DNA of 64,000 bases from NCBI GenBank assembly GCA_028534125.1, contig CM052816.1, forward strand, positions 98,954,001 to 99,018,000, given 5' to 3'. Position numbers and translations under genes: made by a program. The notes under the pieces were generated by a model. The model was not told where the DNA came from. It saw only the letters and a program-made list of their open reading frames with translations, and ran no database searches. This DNA is from Lama glama (lineage: Eukaryota). This document shows positions 38,321-52,000 of the stretch, one piece after another. Every line of letters begins with the position of its first letter. Within the stretch, counting starts at the first letter, position 1.

Positions 38321-41300
38321 ACAAAAGTCACCCTAAGCACTGGGGACTGCGAGGCTGTGATGGGGGCTGGAGCCTGGGGTCACTCCGCGGTAGACAGCGC
38401 AGGAAGACGCCTCCCTCTGAGTGGCCTCCAGTTTGACGCTAGGTTTGATGCTGTGTGACCTCTTTACATGTTCCAGGCACAGAGGCTGCACGGTGGGCTC
38501 AGAGCTGCTGAAAGGCGATTGTGACCATCCTCAGGGTTTCCCCCTCTAGGACTGGACCCATCACATGACTCCAGCCTCCTCCCTCACGCACCTTTCATCA
38601 TCAAGGGCAGACGAATGAGCTGGATTGGAACTAACACATTTTGAATAATCCTAGCCCTGGGCTGCATCTCCCATTTCAGACAACGAGCCGCCTGTGTGGA
38701 GTCAGAACAGGAACGAAACGCAAATTGATTAAATGTAGGCGGTTTTAAAAATTGATTCTTAAAAGTCAAAAGAGCATGTCTTTCTATCTTTCAGGTCTGA
38801 GTAGACGCTTTAGTCAATGTTTGCATTTTCCAGGAAGGCACTGTTTGTTAAAGAACTGAGTTGGTCCTGACAAGGTTGTGGGCTCTCCTACCGGGACGGC
38901 AGGGGGTTCCTGCACTGTTTGCAGGCCCAGCGGGAACCCACAAATATCTTCCTCTGATCTTCTGTATTCTTAAGTTTGAGCTATTGGATTGGGTTTGGTT
39001 GTGTGTGGGCAGGAAAGGCCACTTGTCCTCTAGAATTACCTTCCTCACCACGTCAGTGGTCTGAGTAAAGCTGGCCAGCAAAGTCCCCCAGGGGGTTCTT
39101 TTCAGAGCCAGGATTACATGTCCCACTGCAGTTCTACTGGACCAGGAAGCCCTGAGCATCAGTCAGTTGGGAAGCACTAGCGGCCTTGGCAGCAACATCT
39201 ACCTTATCTTCCTGCCCTTCAGAACCGTGAGCAATGGAGAAGCGTGCAAAACACTGATCGATGCAGAGGAAGAATAAAGCAGCAAGCTGTTTAGACTCAT
39301 TGGAGAAGGGAGTCTGGGCCTGAGGTCCGAGTCTTCCACTCAGAACCCACCTTCCCCAGGGCTCCAAGCTGGCTTCTCACGGAGGGATGCTGGGTGTAGC
39401 TGGAAGTCCCACTGCCCAGCTGGCCTCCTGGACGAGGGAGCAGAGAGGAGAAGGGCTTCTCTGAGGATCGGCACATCCAGGAGAGGGCCCTGCAGGCAAA
39501 ACGAGTCCAAGTCCAGCTCCATTGCAGTGACCTTCACCCCAGACTCAAGAGTCAACTCACTGTCCCCTCACTGGGAAAGAGGCTGCATGAGAGCCGGCCA
39601 GAGGGGGCTAGACGTGTTCTCCTGGAACTGGGACATGTCCGCTAGAGGAAGTGGGGACAGGTGACAACTGCCTCTCTGCTGATGCTAACACCACACTTTC
39701 CCAGTGTGTCCTGGCCATTCCTCGTGCTCCAGCGGAGACCTCGTGACGCACAAGTTCAACTCGGCCCCTGGTGGTAACCCTCCGCTGCCCTACCTTGTGG
39801 TCCTTCCCTCACAGCTGCTGTGAAAACAACTTTGTTTCTGACCATCTGGCTTCTCCACACACGGGCACTAGGGTAGTGAGTGTTGCTGGAGAAACTGCAC
39901 ACAGCTGTGCTCTTTGGCCGGCGTGTGTTTCTGTGTCTAGTTTGTTACACCCTCAACGCCAGTCATGCCTTTCTCAACGTGTTTCCATCGTCAGCTCCCT
40001 CTCCCCTTCCCCTAGCAATCACTCCGATGTCTCCCCCTGCTGACCCTCAGATGTGGCCTTCCATCTGACCACACGGAGAGCACAGAGCATCCAGGACGGA
40101 AGCCCCTGGAGCCCCTGTTCCCTTCCTGGGGCGGATGCTCTCTGTGCTCCTCCCACTGCCTTCCCCCGGCTCTCGCTCAGAGGCTGCCCTCCAGAATCCT
40201 TCCTGGCCCATCATCTGCTCCTCTTTCTCCTTTAATGAGTCCTTCTCCACTGCTCTCCTCCCCACAGAAACACACTCACATCCGCACTATAAACAACTAA
40301 CCTACAAAAAAACCCCCCAAAACCCTCTCTTGGTCTTAGTCCTGTTTCAGACACTATCTGAAACCCCTCTTGTGTTTTGTGGTTGTGTGTCTAGAAAAAC
40401 AGGCCTACGTTTGTTGTCCTGCCTCCTCGCCCTTGGTTTAACGCACCCCTAGCGGAGGAAGTCTGTCTTGTAGCCCACACTCCTGAGCTCCTCTCAACGA
40501 GGCCCCAGCGAGTAACCAGGAAGCCACCCACGGGGTCCATCTTTGCTGGTGGCTGCATAAACTGGACCCTATGGCCCTCGCCATAGCGAAGCACCTTCCA
40601 GACGTCACTTCTGATTTGTTTGTGTGTGTTCTTCTCTCTAGGTTCTTGCTGCTTCTCTGTTGTTTCCTTCTCAGTCCTCCTTGGAGAGTCCCCTTATTCA
40701 GCCCAGCTCCCATATCTTGGTGGCAGTTCAGTCCCTGCCCTCAACTCTATCCTCAGGTCTCAGACTCTTCCTGGAAAAGTTGACCTGTGTTTCTTGAACT
40801 GCCGCTTCTACTCTGATCTCCTTTAACTCATTTTTATTAATTTTTCAACCTGCATTCAGATGTTCTTCCAATCTCTGCACTTGCCGTTAGCTACTAGGCA
40901 TCTCTGCCTGGCTGTCTTCAGGCCGAGCACTGTTTGGAAACCCCCCCCCTTGTGGACAGGTCGCTGCTCTTCGCCAGGTCACCCACTTCAGAGGGAGGTT
41001 GCATACCGGGGTCTCCAGACCCTAAGAGAGACTGGAGGCACCACTTTATGAAACTGACCCTTTACAGAATCTACCCTGCATGAGGTCGTGGCTGAAGGCC
41101 CCTGGAGCTGCTCGGTAAGCCACGGTTGCCACCACTGAAGCGTCCTTACTGTAGAGCACCGGCCACGTCTAAGGATCTGTGCAGGTCTGAGAGGTTCCTG
41201 TTGAATCTAAACCCTGCTTGGATGTACGTGGAGACCTGACCTCGTGCAGCAGAGAGGCCCTCGCTGCATTTCAGGTTTAGCTCCTGAAATGAACGGCAGC

Positions 41301-41562
41301 GGCCCGCTCCACGACACTGACGGTGGGAAATAGAACAAACACGGCCCGCAGGCGCTCATCCACCGCCGGCTGGTGACCGCGTGCGCTGAGCCGGACTCTG
41401 ACGAGGACGCGCCCGGGAGGTGCCAATCTGTGGTGCCCTGGATCCTGCTGTTTGTTCACTGCGATTATGTTTTTGTTTTCTCACTTAAAAAAAAGTATTT
41501 TTGATATAGCTTTTTCTTTGATGCAGTTTTGAAGAATCGCTCAAACATCCAGTTCATTGACT

Positions 41563-42140
41563 TGTCCAAGATGCTCTGAATAGCCCCCTCAGACGGACTG
41601 AACTTTAGACAGACTTCTTCCTGACTCTTGGCCCCCACCTCCCTTTTCTTTGACCATTTTCTTTACAAAACTTGTCATTTTAAATTCGTTTATGTACCTT
41701 TCATACATGCGGACTCTTTTAAAAAGACTGTTGCAACTTTCACAGCGTAACAGCATCTTTCTCAAGAACCTGGAAGTCATGCCTTTGAAATATGATCATC
41801 AAGGAAGACAGCGCCCCTGTTCCCCAGGTCTCTGCCGGAGGATGGGAGCCTTGCTTTGATGGGTGACAATTAGCAAGTGCAAATGGTCTAATCACAGACA
41901 GAAACATTTGCAGATGCAGGAATAACTCAATGTGCTGGACACACCCCAGTGGTCGCCCTCTCTCCTAACACCTTCCAGCGCCTCCCGCTAGCTCGCTCCA
42001 GGAGACTAAACCCCGACCTCTCTTTGTTTTGTCAGAGTCGAGGTCAGACTGAGTTCCGGTCTCTCTCCCCTGTTGCAAAGGCCTTGAATGAAGTCCTCTT
42101 CACCTGTTAAACCTGGTCCAGTGCGGTTTTTGTCTTGGCA
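41563..42140 (+). mobile_element. Solo ERV1-class LTR (MER34/MER39-like), 578 bp
   Basis: TG...CA termini (tgtccaa...ttggca); flanks gact/gcct form a near-perfect 4-bp TSD. Internal catctttctcaagaacctggaagtcatgcctttgaaat and tctctcccctgttgcaa...ttgaatgaagtc. Confidence 0.8.
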
Positions 42141-45100
42141 GCCTGCCCTGACGGGGTTTCTTTCTTCTCCCTTTTCAGCCGTGTCCGGTGTATGTCTTCA
42201 GATGTATTCGGAGGTACTACCGCCGAGTTGCAGGAGCAAGTCTGGCTAACAGAAGACAACGGTGCTCCCGCATAATCAGCCATGAGGTCTGCAGGCTGCA
42301 CGGAGATGCCGACAGCGCGTAGCAGCCTCCAAACCTGCTTCCGTCCAGAGGCCTTCTTCTCTCGCTGACGTAGGAGGACTCACGGTGCACTCACTCTTGT
42401 GTCCAACGCCCATGTTTTAAGTCACTATAGTTCATGCAGCATTCCTTGCCTCGCACTCCCATGGAAGTATCCTTTGTCTGGAGAAGATACCTCTCTGTAC
42501 CCTGGACAAGGATAGAAATAATTCTCTGATTTGTTTCCTTTGGGAACCCACATTCCCTGAGGTCACTTCTGGTGCTCAAGGCCATGAATCGCAAACCCCT
42601 GGAGAAGATGGGGACTCCACTGGCCTGTGCACGTCCCTGGGTCTCCCTCTCCACCTGCCAGTGTCCGTCTTTAATATGCTTCCCAGAGAGCCAGTTCAGA
42701 GCCTTCCTTGGGTTTCTCCTTCCAACTGGTTCCCCAAGGATCCCGCCTGTGTAATGCATTTTTCACACAGCTAGATTAGATCTGTGTTTCAGGATATGCT
42801 GCAGAGCGAATTCTGCCCTTAAATGCCCTGTGTTTTCAGCAAATACAACCTTCACCCTTGGACGCCGGAGCTACAGCTGCACCAGCTCTTTTGACTTCAT
42901 CGATCCCATCGCCGGCTTATGTTAAATCACCGGCAAACCCACCACGACACGGCATGACAGGGTGGCCGGTAGGAATTTTATAAAGTGCTCTGAAACTTTT
43001 CAAGTATTTTTCTGCATCTGGATTTTCACTTTGACTCATCTGGCTGCACTTTATCCGATTAGGTAATGCCGAGGAAGAAACCGTCCCCACCTCGGAAAGC
43101 ATACCTCCAGGGCTTTGTTTGGGGTGAAAGAAGCATTTGTTAAATCAAATACATTTGTGATTTTTGACCAGAAACTGCATTAAAGTTTGGTAATTAGAGG
43201 AATCTGCATGAAAAAAGTTGTGCATCATGCAATCCAATCTCCCTTGTGAATCCAAACAACTGGAGGCACATCAAGCAACTTGATTAATCAGATAAAATGG
43301 ATCCATCAGGGCTATCACTGTATCAGTGATTTACTCCTAAAGTAGCGGGCGATTAGACATGACTCTTGGAATCATTTTGAAATCTGAAAGCAAATGCCTG
43401 CATCTGAGTGGGCAGGACGTTCCTCTAGGAACAGCCCACTCCCCTGACAGTCATGAACATTTTCATGTCACCGCATGAGTCAGTGCCATCTGTGCTCACT
43501 GTTTTTTTTTTTTTCCAGAAGATTAAAGTCAGTTCGATTTTAAGAGAAAAATACATTTCTGAGATACTCTTAATTCTGGTCACTGTTTTATTTTGTTTTT
43601 CATCTGAGAGATGTCTTTCAGGATTTGACTGACCACACTTTTATGGCCCTGTTTTTTTTTTTTTTTTAACATTCTCTTCTTTAGGCTTAGATCAAGGGAG
43701 GCATTTTAACAGGAAGAAGATTTTGAATCAAAACGACATCTGAATTTAGTGGTAGTTGGATATATTCTGTGAATGTCTTTCCAAAGTAGAACAGCATGGT
43801 TCTTCGCTTTTGCAGTCCTGGATCTGAGCACATGGCTATTTGCAAGTGCAGACAACGTGCAAGGGTCAAAGTGTGTCACTGAAAGGTGGGAGTGGGAGCT
43901 ATTGAATCCCCCGTTAGGAGTGTTGACGTGGGGCTGACGTCATGGGCTCCATCACTCAGAACTGCTGTGCAGCACACAGCACCCTTCATACCTGTGGCGC
44001 AAACGGAATAACCCTATTTCCTGCCCTCAACGCCGTCTGCATCTGTTGGGATAAAGTCAAGTTCAACACATAAGAGGAACCACAACTAAAGAGTGGAATG
44101 GAAGGCTTTCTTGTCCTTACGCTTGTGTCTGTCCTCAGCGCCTGCACACTGGGACGGCTGTTGGTCTGTGCAGGTTCTGAGGTCACAACATATAGGCGGG
44201 GTGTGTACCATAACCTGGGACCAGAAAAGGCACTCACAAAAGTGTGTTTTCAATGATCATGTTGCAATCAGATGGCCAAGCATGGGCATTAGGAATGCAT
44301 TTGTTTTATAATTCCATTAGTGGTAATGAGCTAGACGAACAGCACAGTCTGAAAACAAAGTCCTTATTTTAATTTTAGAAAGCGTTACAAAGCCCCTTAA
44401 GTAAGTAATAAAATTAATGGTGTGTGTTCACTATCAAGCAGAGAGCAAGGACAGGGAAGAGTTTCCCAGACACCCCTAGGGACACTGCACGGAGGTATAA
44501 GCCTTTTTCCCTTGTTTTCTGAATTTTGAAATGTAAAAATGCATTTTGATTAATACTATCAGGATATAAAAAATTTACCTAGCAGTCCTTTTACTTGGGA
44601 CCGGAACTGCGGTTGTCAGTCACCCCCATGTGCCAATTAGCATGATTTATTGGCTCTGTGTCTTCCGAATCATCCAGTTTCCAAGTCGACAAGTGTTTCT
44701 GCCTAATTGAGCCCGATGGATCATTGCCACAGATGATTAGGATGATTTTTCTCCATTACTCAGGCATGAAATTCAATGTACACTTTCTTTGTTAAATCAA
44801 AATGCATATCTTTGCTTATTCCCAGTATATTTACTTTTATTGCTAAACCAAAGGACCCTTGGCTTTTTTCATCCACTCCTATTTATCAGTTGAGGCAGCA
44901 TTTTAAACCCTTCCCTCTCAGGGAATTTTTACATGTGGGTGAGTGCCCCACGCTTCTGTTGATAACTGACACGCAATGGCAAGAAGAGGCCGCCTGCAGC
45001 CTCTGATCACAGCCAGCGTCCCAGCCCACGGCCCAGAGGAGGTCTGGGAAACGCCGAGCACCTTCCGTCCTGCAGGTGCACAAGGGGCATCACTAGTGGG

Positions 45101-45979
45101 TTCCAGAAATTCGGAACTTGAAAAGAAGTGGAGGGAGATCTTAACTCAGTGTTTCCCAAACCGTTTTACTAAAAGATACACGTGAAATTATTTTCCTTTT
45201 AAAAAGCCATATTTGTTCACATTGAGGAAAACTGTGTTACTCTGACAACATTTTAGAAAATGATGCAATTTTGCACTGAATTTAATGAAAAGAGCAGTGG
45301 AGTCTAAATGGTCTAACTCCTCTGTTGGCCAGAATTGTGATTAAAAATGACAAAGTGAAGGGGAAGCTTGTCGACTTAATAACGAGCTTCAAAGGAGACT
45401 TTAATGGCTCTTAAGCACAGATCCAAAGTGCAGATCTACAGTCTGATTAAAGCAGGGGTCTGTAGAAATTTGAGAAATACATACAACCATTGATTTCAGC
45501 CATTGCATTATTTAGAAGTCCTTCGTGTTTAGTTAATGATATTTGGTTTGGGGAAGGCCACCGAGCTCTCTGGGAGAAGAGCTCTATTTCTGAAAACTGT
45601 TGCAGATTATGCCCCAGAAGTAGTAAAACAGACCCGGGATTTCTGGGATCAACTAGAATTCTGGGTCATTTCACCGTATCAGCCAAAGGTCTTTTAGATG
45701 TTCACGAATTCTTCTTGATTTATACATTTAAAAAAGTCACTAAACACTAGAAAATGTAGATCAACTTTTTAGAGTAAAATTCAAACTTGACAACTTCTCC
45801 TGCTCAGAGCGCCCATTTCTGTCTCCGCGTTTGTAAAGCACAGCGTCACCTGGAGGCTGGCGGGGACCTCACCTCTGTCAAGAACGTCGCCACTGGCGTA
45901 TCCCTTTCAGGTCTGTGTCTGGAGGTGTGGGGGTGACACTTCGTAATACCTGAATGGATAAGAGCAAAGTCCCTGTGGC

Positions 45980-46280
45980 TACACGTCGTGTGTGTTTCCG
46001 TCTTGTAGACGCAGGAGAAACGGGCAACGGGGGCAGCCCTGTCAGCGGCCGTGGTAACCTGCTCGCCGCCGGCGCAGAGCGGCGCAGACGCGGCAGCCCG
46101 CCCGGCAGACGCGCCCTTTCCGCCCGGGCTGCCGCCGGGAGCCCGCGGTCGGCGGGCGGCGCGGTCCTGGCTTCTCGCTGTGTCCTCGTGCGGCCTTTCT
46201 CGGTGCGCAGCGTGGAGAGACAGAGGACAAGACTCCTGCTGGGCCTGGCCCTCATGACCGCATCCGACCCCAGGCACGTC
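45980..46280. promoter_or_regulatory. Small CpG island / promoter-like patch
   Basis: Very GC- and CpG-rich (gccgccggcgcagagcggcgcagacgcggcagcccgcccggc...ggcgggcggcgcgg), with GC-box-like GGGCGG/CCGCCC. Confidence 0.65.
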
Positions 46281-47477
46281 CCAGAGGTCCCGTCTCCAGC
46301 ATGCACTTCAGCAAAAGCCATCAGGGAGCCATGAGAAACGAGATTTATTGCTCGCGGTCCTGGAGGGTGCAGGGCACACCCAGGGCCGTACAGCGAGGTC
46401 ACAGGGAGGGAGAGGCAGAGACAGACAGGCAGAGAGATATATTGCCAGCCTTGGGCTCTGCCTCTGTTGGGGTCAAGGGTGGGGTGCTTAGGGTTTTGTG
46501 ACTTCACTCTTTATGAGTGAATTAAAAAAAATAAGAGCAGGAATTAGGGTGTGGGGGGAGGAGAAGAGGGGTTGCTCAGATGGCCAGTTGTGTAGGCTGA
46601 ACAGGGCTTTCTGAAAGGGGGTGCCTCATGGGCGGAAAGGCTTGACCCTTATCTGGCCGTTCTGCTAGCAGCGACATAATGTGGCTGGAAATACGTTTAT
46701 TCGAGATGGGGGGCTTTGAAGAGGGTGCGCCAGCACTTAAAAGTTTAATGTCAGGCCCCACACTGAAAGGGGCGCAGGCATCTGGTCTGCCGCAGCCAGT
46801 TCTGCAGCGGACGCGCCCTTTCTGTCTGAAGGACAGCGGCACATGGCCCAGCCCCTCACTTCTCCACGCTCGGTCCCCGGGCCGCGCCACGCTTGTGCAC
46901 GAGCCAGGGGTCCAGACCCCGTGAGGATCTAGTCACGGCAACCACCCCGCGCCCTCCTGCTCATCCTCACAACGTGGCTGCCAGCGCTGAGCAAATTCCA
47001 AGCGTGCATCACAGAGAAGGAGGTCACTGTCATCCTGATTTTGGCAGGAAGGGCCCGGAGCTGCACTAAAAATCTTGTGATGGTTATTTTTTATTGCTAG
47101 AAATTGCCATGATTTGCTAGATTAATCAAATATTAAATTCAAGAATTTATCGAAATATGCTATGAAAGCGGTGACATCAACAAAGTATTTTAAAGGCTTC
47201 AAACCAAAACTTTCAATGGGAGGAAACAGACCTTGTTGCTCCGAGGAGAAGGATCCCCGTTGTGTCAGGCCCGGGCCCCTGCTACCAGTGGTCTCGTCAC
47301 AGACCCTGCTTCAGACTTTGGCCACAAGCGCGACAGGGTGTGTCTCCCTGAGATTTGGGCAGAGGCTGATCCTGGTGCCAGCTCTCAGGGGACAGTCACG
47401 CCTGCACCCCCTGAAGAGGGCTTCTCTGTACTTACAGTGCCAGAAAAAACTACCAGCGACTGAAGTCTTCACTCCTC

Positions 47478-47839
47478 GTTACAGAGTCATGTCCTCCCCA
47501 AATTCATATAATGAAGTCTTCACCCGTGGTGTGACTGTGTTCAGAGGCAGGGCCTTGCAAGAGGTGGTCACAGCTGACTGAGGCCATGAGGAGACTGATC
47601 CAATCTGACTGTGTCCACGAGAGGAAGAAGCCCCGGGGATGTGTGTGCACAGAGAAAAGGCCGTGGAGGACACAGCGGGGAAGCATGTCGGCAAGCCGAG
47701 GACGGAAGCCTCAGGAGAACCCAGGCCTGCCGGCGCCTGATCTTGGACTTCCAGCCTCCAGAACCGTGAGAAGTGAATGTCTGTGCTCAAGCCGCTCCGC
47801 CTGCGGTGCTTTGTTGTGCGGCCTGAGCAGATCACGGCA
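47478..47839 (+). mobile_element. MLT1B-like MaLR solo LTR
   Basis: tcctccccaaattcatat...gagaaaaggccgtggaggacacag...tgatcttggacttccagcctccagaaccgtgagaa. Confidence 0.88.
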
Positions 47840-50800
47840 CCCCTTCTCCCCTGAGCATCCTGGACGACACCTGGGTGGTGGTGTCTCGACCTCTTTTTCT
47901 AGAGTTTGGAGCTGCGTCTCAGAGACGATGCCCCAGAATGTTTAACCATCAGTGTGAAGAGGGACCTAGTCTCTGCCTTGTTCAGCCACACACTATGCTG
48001 GGCTGCTGGTCAGTACACTTGCACTGGTGTATAAGACCCCCAGGGGCATCTCTCAACCATCGCCCGGGCCCGTCCCACACAAAGGAAAACACAGCACAGC
48101 ATCTGCCTCCAGGAAGCTTGCAGCCAAATCTAGCAACAGGCAAGGAAGACCTGATTGGAGATGAGTTAGCATCTATGCTTGTCTCTCCAGGCGCCTGTTT
48201 CTAGAAGGAGGACAGCACAAAGCTTAGTCTCTTAGGACGGGCCACTGGAAGAGCATCCCCTCGCCCAGCCCCGTGGGTCGAGCTCTGCTCTAAGGTCAGA
48301 CGCTCCCCAGCCCTGTGGCCCTCGCTGCAGATCTGCTGAGACGTGTCCGGAGTTAGCCCGCCTGCGTTCCCGTGCCGGGGAAGGAATGGCGATGGTGGTG
48401 GTCCCAGCAAGGGCTGCAAACTCATCAGAAAAGCGCAGCCTCTGGGAATGTCACCGCTTGGCTGCTGCGCCCAGGTCACCCACCTGCTTCTCCTGGGCGG
48501 CCTGGCTCCCACCCTCCACGTTGCAGCTGGTGCTGGAGTGACCGGTTCCACCGTTCACCTGCCATGTGGTGGGCGCCGGCCTTGCCGATGCTGTTGCTCT
48601 GCCCCTGATGCATAGGTTTTCCTAAATTAGCTAAGTCAGGATGCTTATCCGATGACAAACGTGTTCAGCTTCTTCCGTAAAACACATCCCATGCCATCCC
48701 GAGGTGACAGGGCTCCCTCTGCACTCTTTGGACCTCAGCAGGAACCCCGTGCTGAGTTACAGGAAGGCGGACCTTCTGTTCCTGCCACGAGGCTCGTGCC
48801 CTGCAGACTCTCACAACCCCTGCTCTGTGGGCTCCTCCCTCCCCTCATTGTTCAGACACAAAACCTGGTTTCACTTAATGCCTTTTTTAATAAAATAAAA
48901 CTTTTTGAAATGTGTAATCCAAGCATCTGGATTTTTAATCAAGTCTCAGTCTCTCTAACTCTAAAAAGAGGAAAATAAAAACCCTGCATTACACAGTGTG
49001 GCGATCAAATAAGAAAGTATGAGAAAGAGATTTGTGAGTCACAGAATCCATCAAATGTTTCTCAGGCCTTACTGCTTTGTGCAGCTCAGTGATTCTTCTT
49101 TGTCCAGAATGCCTGTTTTAGGAAGAGCCACGGGACCCGATCTGTCCACATCACCACTGACACTTGGTCCAGGAGTAGGCCCGCCGTGGACCCACCTAGG
49201 TCAGCCGTAACGCCCCGCCCTTCCTCTCCTCCCTTGTCCCCAGCCCATTCCATTCATGCGGGCTGATTCCTGGACAGGAGGTGCCAAGGAGGAGCTCCCG
49301 GGGAGGTAAGGACCTGGGGGAGAGGGGGGCTGCCCGCTCACTCTCGCACGAGTTGCCCAAAGGCTGGGGAACTCTGAGCAGTCGTGTTTGCCACACATAA
49401 ATCTAGCAGCAGAAAGAACCACGCCAACTCTCTAATTTCAAGCCCCAGCCTGCCCTCGAAGCCCGGTCGCATCTTTGCCCTTCCCAGCACCCCTGGGGTT
49501 CTGGAGCCAGGGCCCCTTTGACATACGCCGTTTGGGTTGGACGTGCACCACCTGTGAACCAAACCCTGTCAATACGAGGGTGATATGTGCTCAGTCGCAC
49601 AGCCCACGCCGCCTGACGGAGCCCAGCCGCCAACTGCACCGACTGAACCCTTCACACGAACCAAGATATTTTTTGAAATTGAAGCACCGTCCGTTACAAC
49701 ATGTCCATTTCTGGCGTGCAGCACAATGTCCCAGCCATCCATATGCATACGTATATTCATTTTCATGTCCTTTTTCATTAGAGGAACCCAGAATTTTAGC
49801 GGAGTTGTAGACTTCTGTGACAGCATCACAGCTTCTCTTCTGTTCACGCAACATGAGGATGACATTACCATCATTTCTGGACTGAAGCGCCTGTGTGACT
49901 GAGCGCATTGCAGTTCAGAGCCAGCGGAGGTCAGGATTCCAAGTGTTTAAGATCTCGGTAACACAGTCACTACCTAATCGTCGCACTCAGCGGGGACTGT
50001 CTAGGCCTGAGGAGTCCGTGTCAGGCACCCTGATTGCGCTCATTATGGAAACCTATTCCCCCTCTGGGAATTTCCCCTTCCACCCTCTGCTCTGGGTCAC
50101 TTGCCTGGGGTTCCCTAGAGCATCCACTAAGAAGGAGTTAGAGAGGGCGCAGAAACCACATAGTTGTTGTGATAATAAGAAATTAATAGGTGATGTATTC
50201 TAAGAGGAATCAAGTAACAGAGGGCTTTGAGTGATGAAGAAAAAGGCAGCTTAGCAATTTATCACAAGTCTGTATTGAATTTATGACAAGTGACTAAAAT
50301 GAATTTTTGACTTACTCCTTGCAAATTAAATTGTTTTGCAGAGCAGCACCTCTTCAAGCCAAATACAATGCTCTTTGTGACAGAGTGTTTATGTTTTCAA
50401 TGGCAGAACCTGGTGTCATGGTGGTTGGGTCTAAGATGCTGGCCACTTTGGCACATTCCTGATCATCTCATGAAATTCGAGCTTGTGATGCTCAAACACG
50501 TTTGTCATTTCTTCATTAAGTAGATGAAAAATACTCGAGTATGTGTTTTGGAATCAAGCAGTGTTATTCCTCTCTGGGAACTCTTTGAGATGAGTCTGCA
50601 GTTTGGGACCTGGGAGTATGATACTAAAAGTACTGTTCTGGCTCTTGGCCTTTCAGAAGTCAGAGTATAAACAGTAAAATAGAGAGGTTCAGATTGTTCC
50701 TCAAGAAAAAAAAATGACTTTTCAATCAGATTATGCAGAGCCAAAAGAAATAAATCATGTTGACGGTGAGAAATAAAGGATTCCTGGTATGAAGTATTGG

Positions 50801-51889
50801 TCAAGAGGTTGGGGGACTCAAGCTGTTACTGAGGGAGGGGCTCACTGAGATTTCTGCCACCGGGAGATGGGGAACCATCTAGGGTCTCATGGAAAAGGGT
50901 CTTACCTTGTGGGTGACTAGTGGCAATGGGGAGTGGGCAGCACTGTAATAAAGCTGTAGCATCTGACCCAACATGTGTTGGCACACTTGAGATTAGAAAG
51001 AGGGTTACCTGATCTCCTCTTCTACAAAAATCCATCCTTGAAGAGGAGAGACACACTGTATTTTATATATCGTGTGAGATGGAGAGCTGTGTTCTGGCAG
51101 GAAGAGTCCCCTCCTGCCTCCCCTCTCCCCGAGCCCCCTCCCTCCACAGCCTTGGTCCTGGTCCAGGTCAGGAGACTGAGACCAGCACACACACCTGGTC
51201 TCCACTTGCCACAGAAAATTCTAGTGGTAGCAGCTGCTGGGGTGTGGCCCTGGGACCCTCGCATTGCAGAGGAGGGTGGAACTCCATCTCTACTGCTTGG
51301 AATGAAGAAATGGGAGGCAGAATCAGGGATTCTGGGGAGGACTTAGGAATAAAAGATGTCAAAGAGAGAAGTGAAGGAGAAAGGGGAGCAAGGACTCCAG
51401 GCATGGGCAGCACTCCGCAAAGACCTGGGAGCGTTCCTAGGATGACCTGGAAGAGATCTGAGTGCTGAGACCTCGCCAGCCTGGGGAGAAGCCCACAAGA
51501 CTGTCTGCTCTGCACCCTGCAGGACTCCGGGGGGCCTGCCTGCAGAGGGGCGTGTGATGTGGTATCCGGGGCAGGTGAGGAATTTGCATCTCCTCCTGCG
51601 TGGGAGGGGCCCGTGCTCCCTTTGTCCAGCTGGAGGGACCTCAGCCCCCATGCCCCACCCGGCTCCCCAGGGGACCACAGGAATGCAGCCTCAGAGGCTG
51701 GTGGTGGGAAGCTACTGGGGCAGCCAGAGCCTTATCCACCAGGCCTTTACCATCAACCAGAACCTCAGAAGAATATGATAACACAGGATAATCGAGGGGG
51801 AGAAGCAGATTCCAATAACAACGAAAAGCCAAAACCCGCCAGAAGAACACACAGGCCCTGGCCGATCTCATGGTCCGCAGACGCCGTCG

Positions 51890-52000
51890 TACTTACGTAC
51901 TTGTTATGTGCTATGCGTTTCGCTAAACCTTTCAATGTGTTTGCTCATTTAATCCTCACAGAGCTTCATGAAGTAGGTGGAGGATCTTAACTGAAGTCAC
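51890..52000 (-). mobile_element. MIR fragment
   Basis: tacttgttatgtgctatgcg...ctcatttaatcctcaca. Confidence 0.6.

Noticed and set aside
45846..46507. Overlapping 126-209 aa ORFs
   Set aside because: Stop-poor because of the CpG island; Arg/Ala/Pro-rich in all frames and partly LTR-derived.
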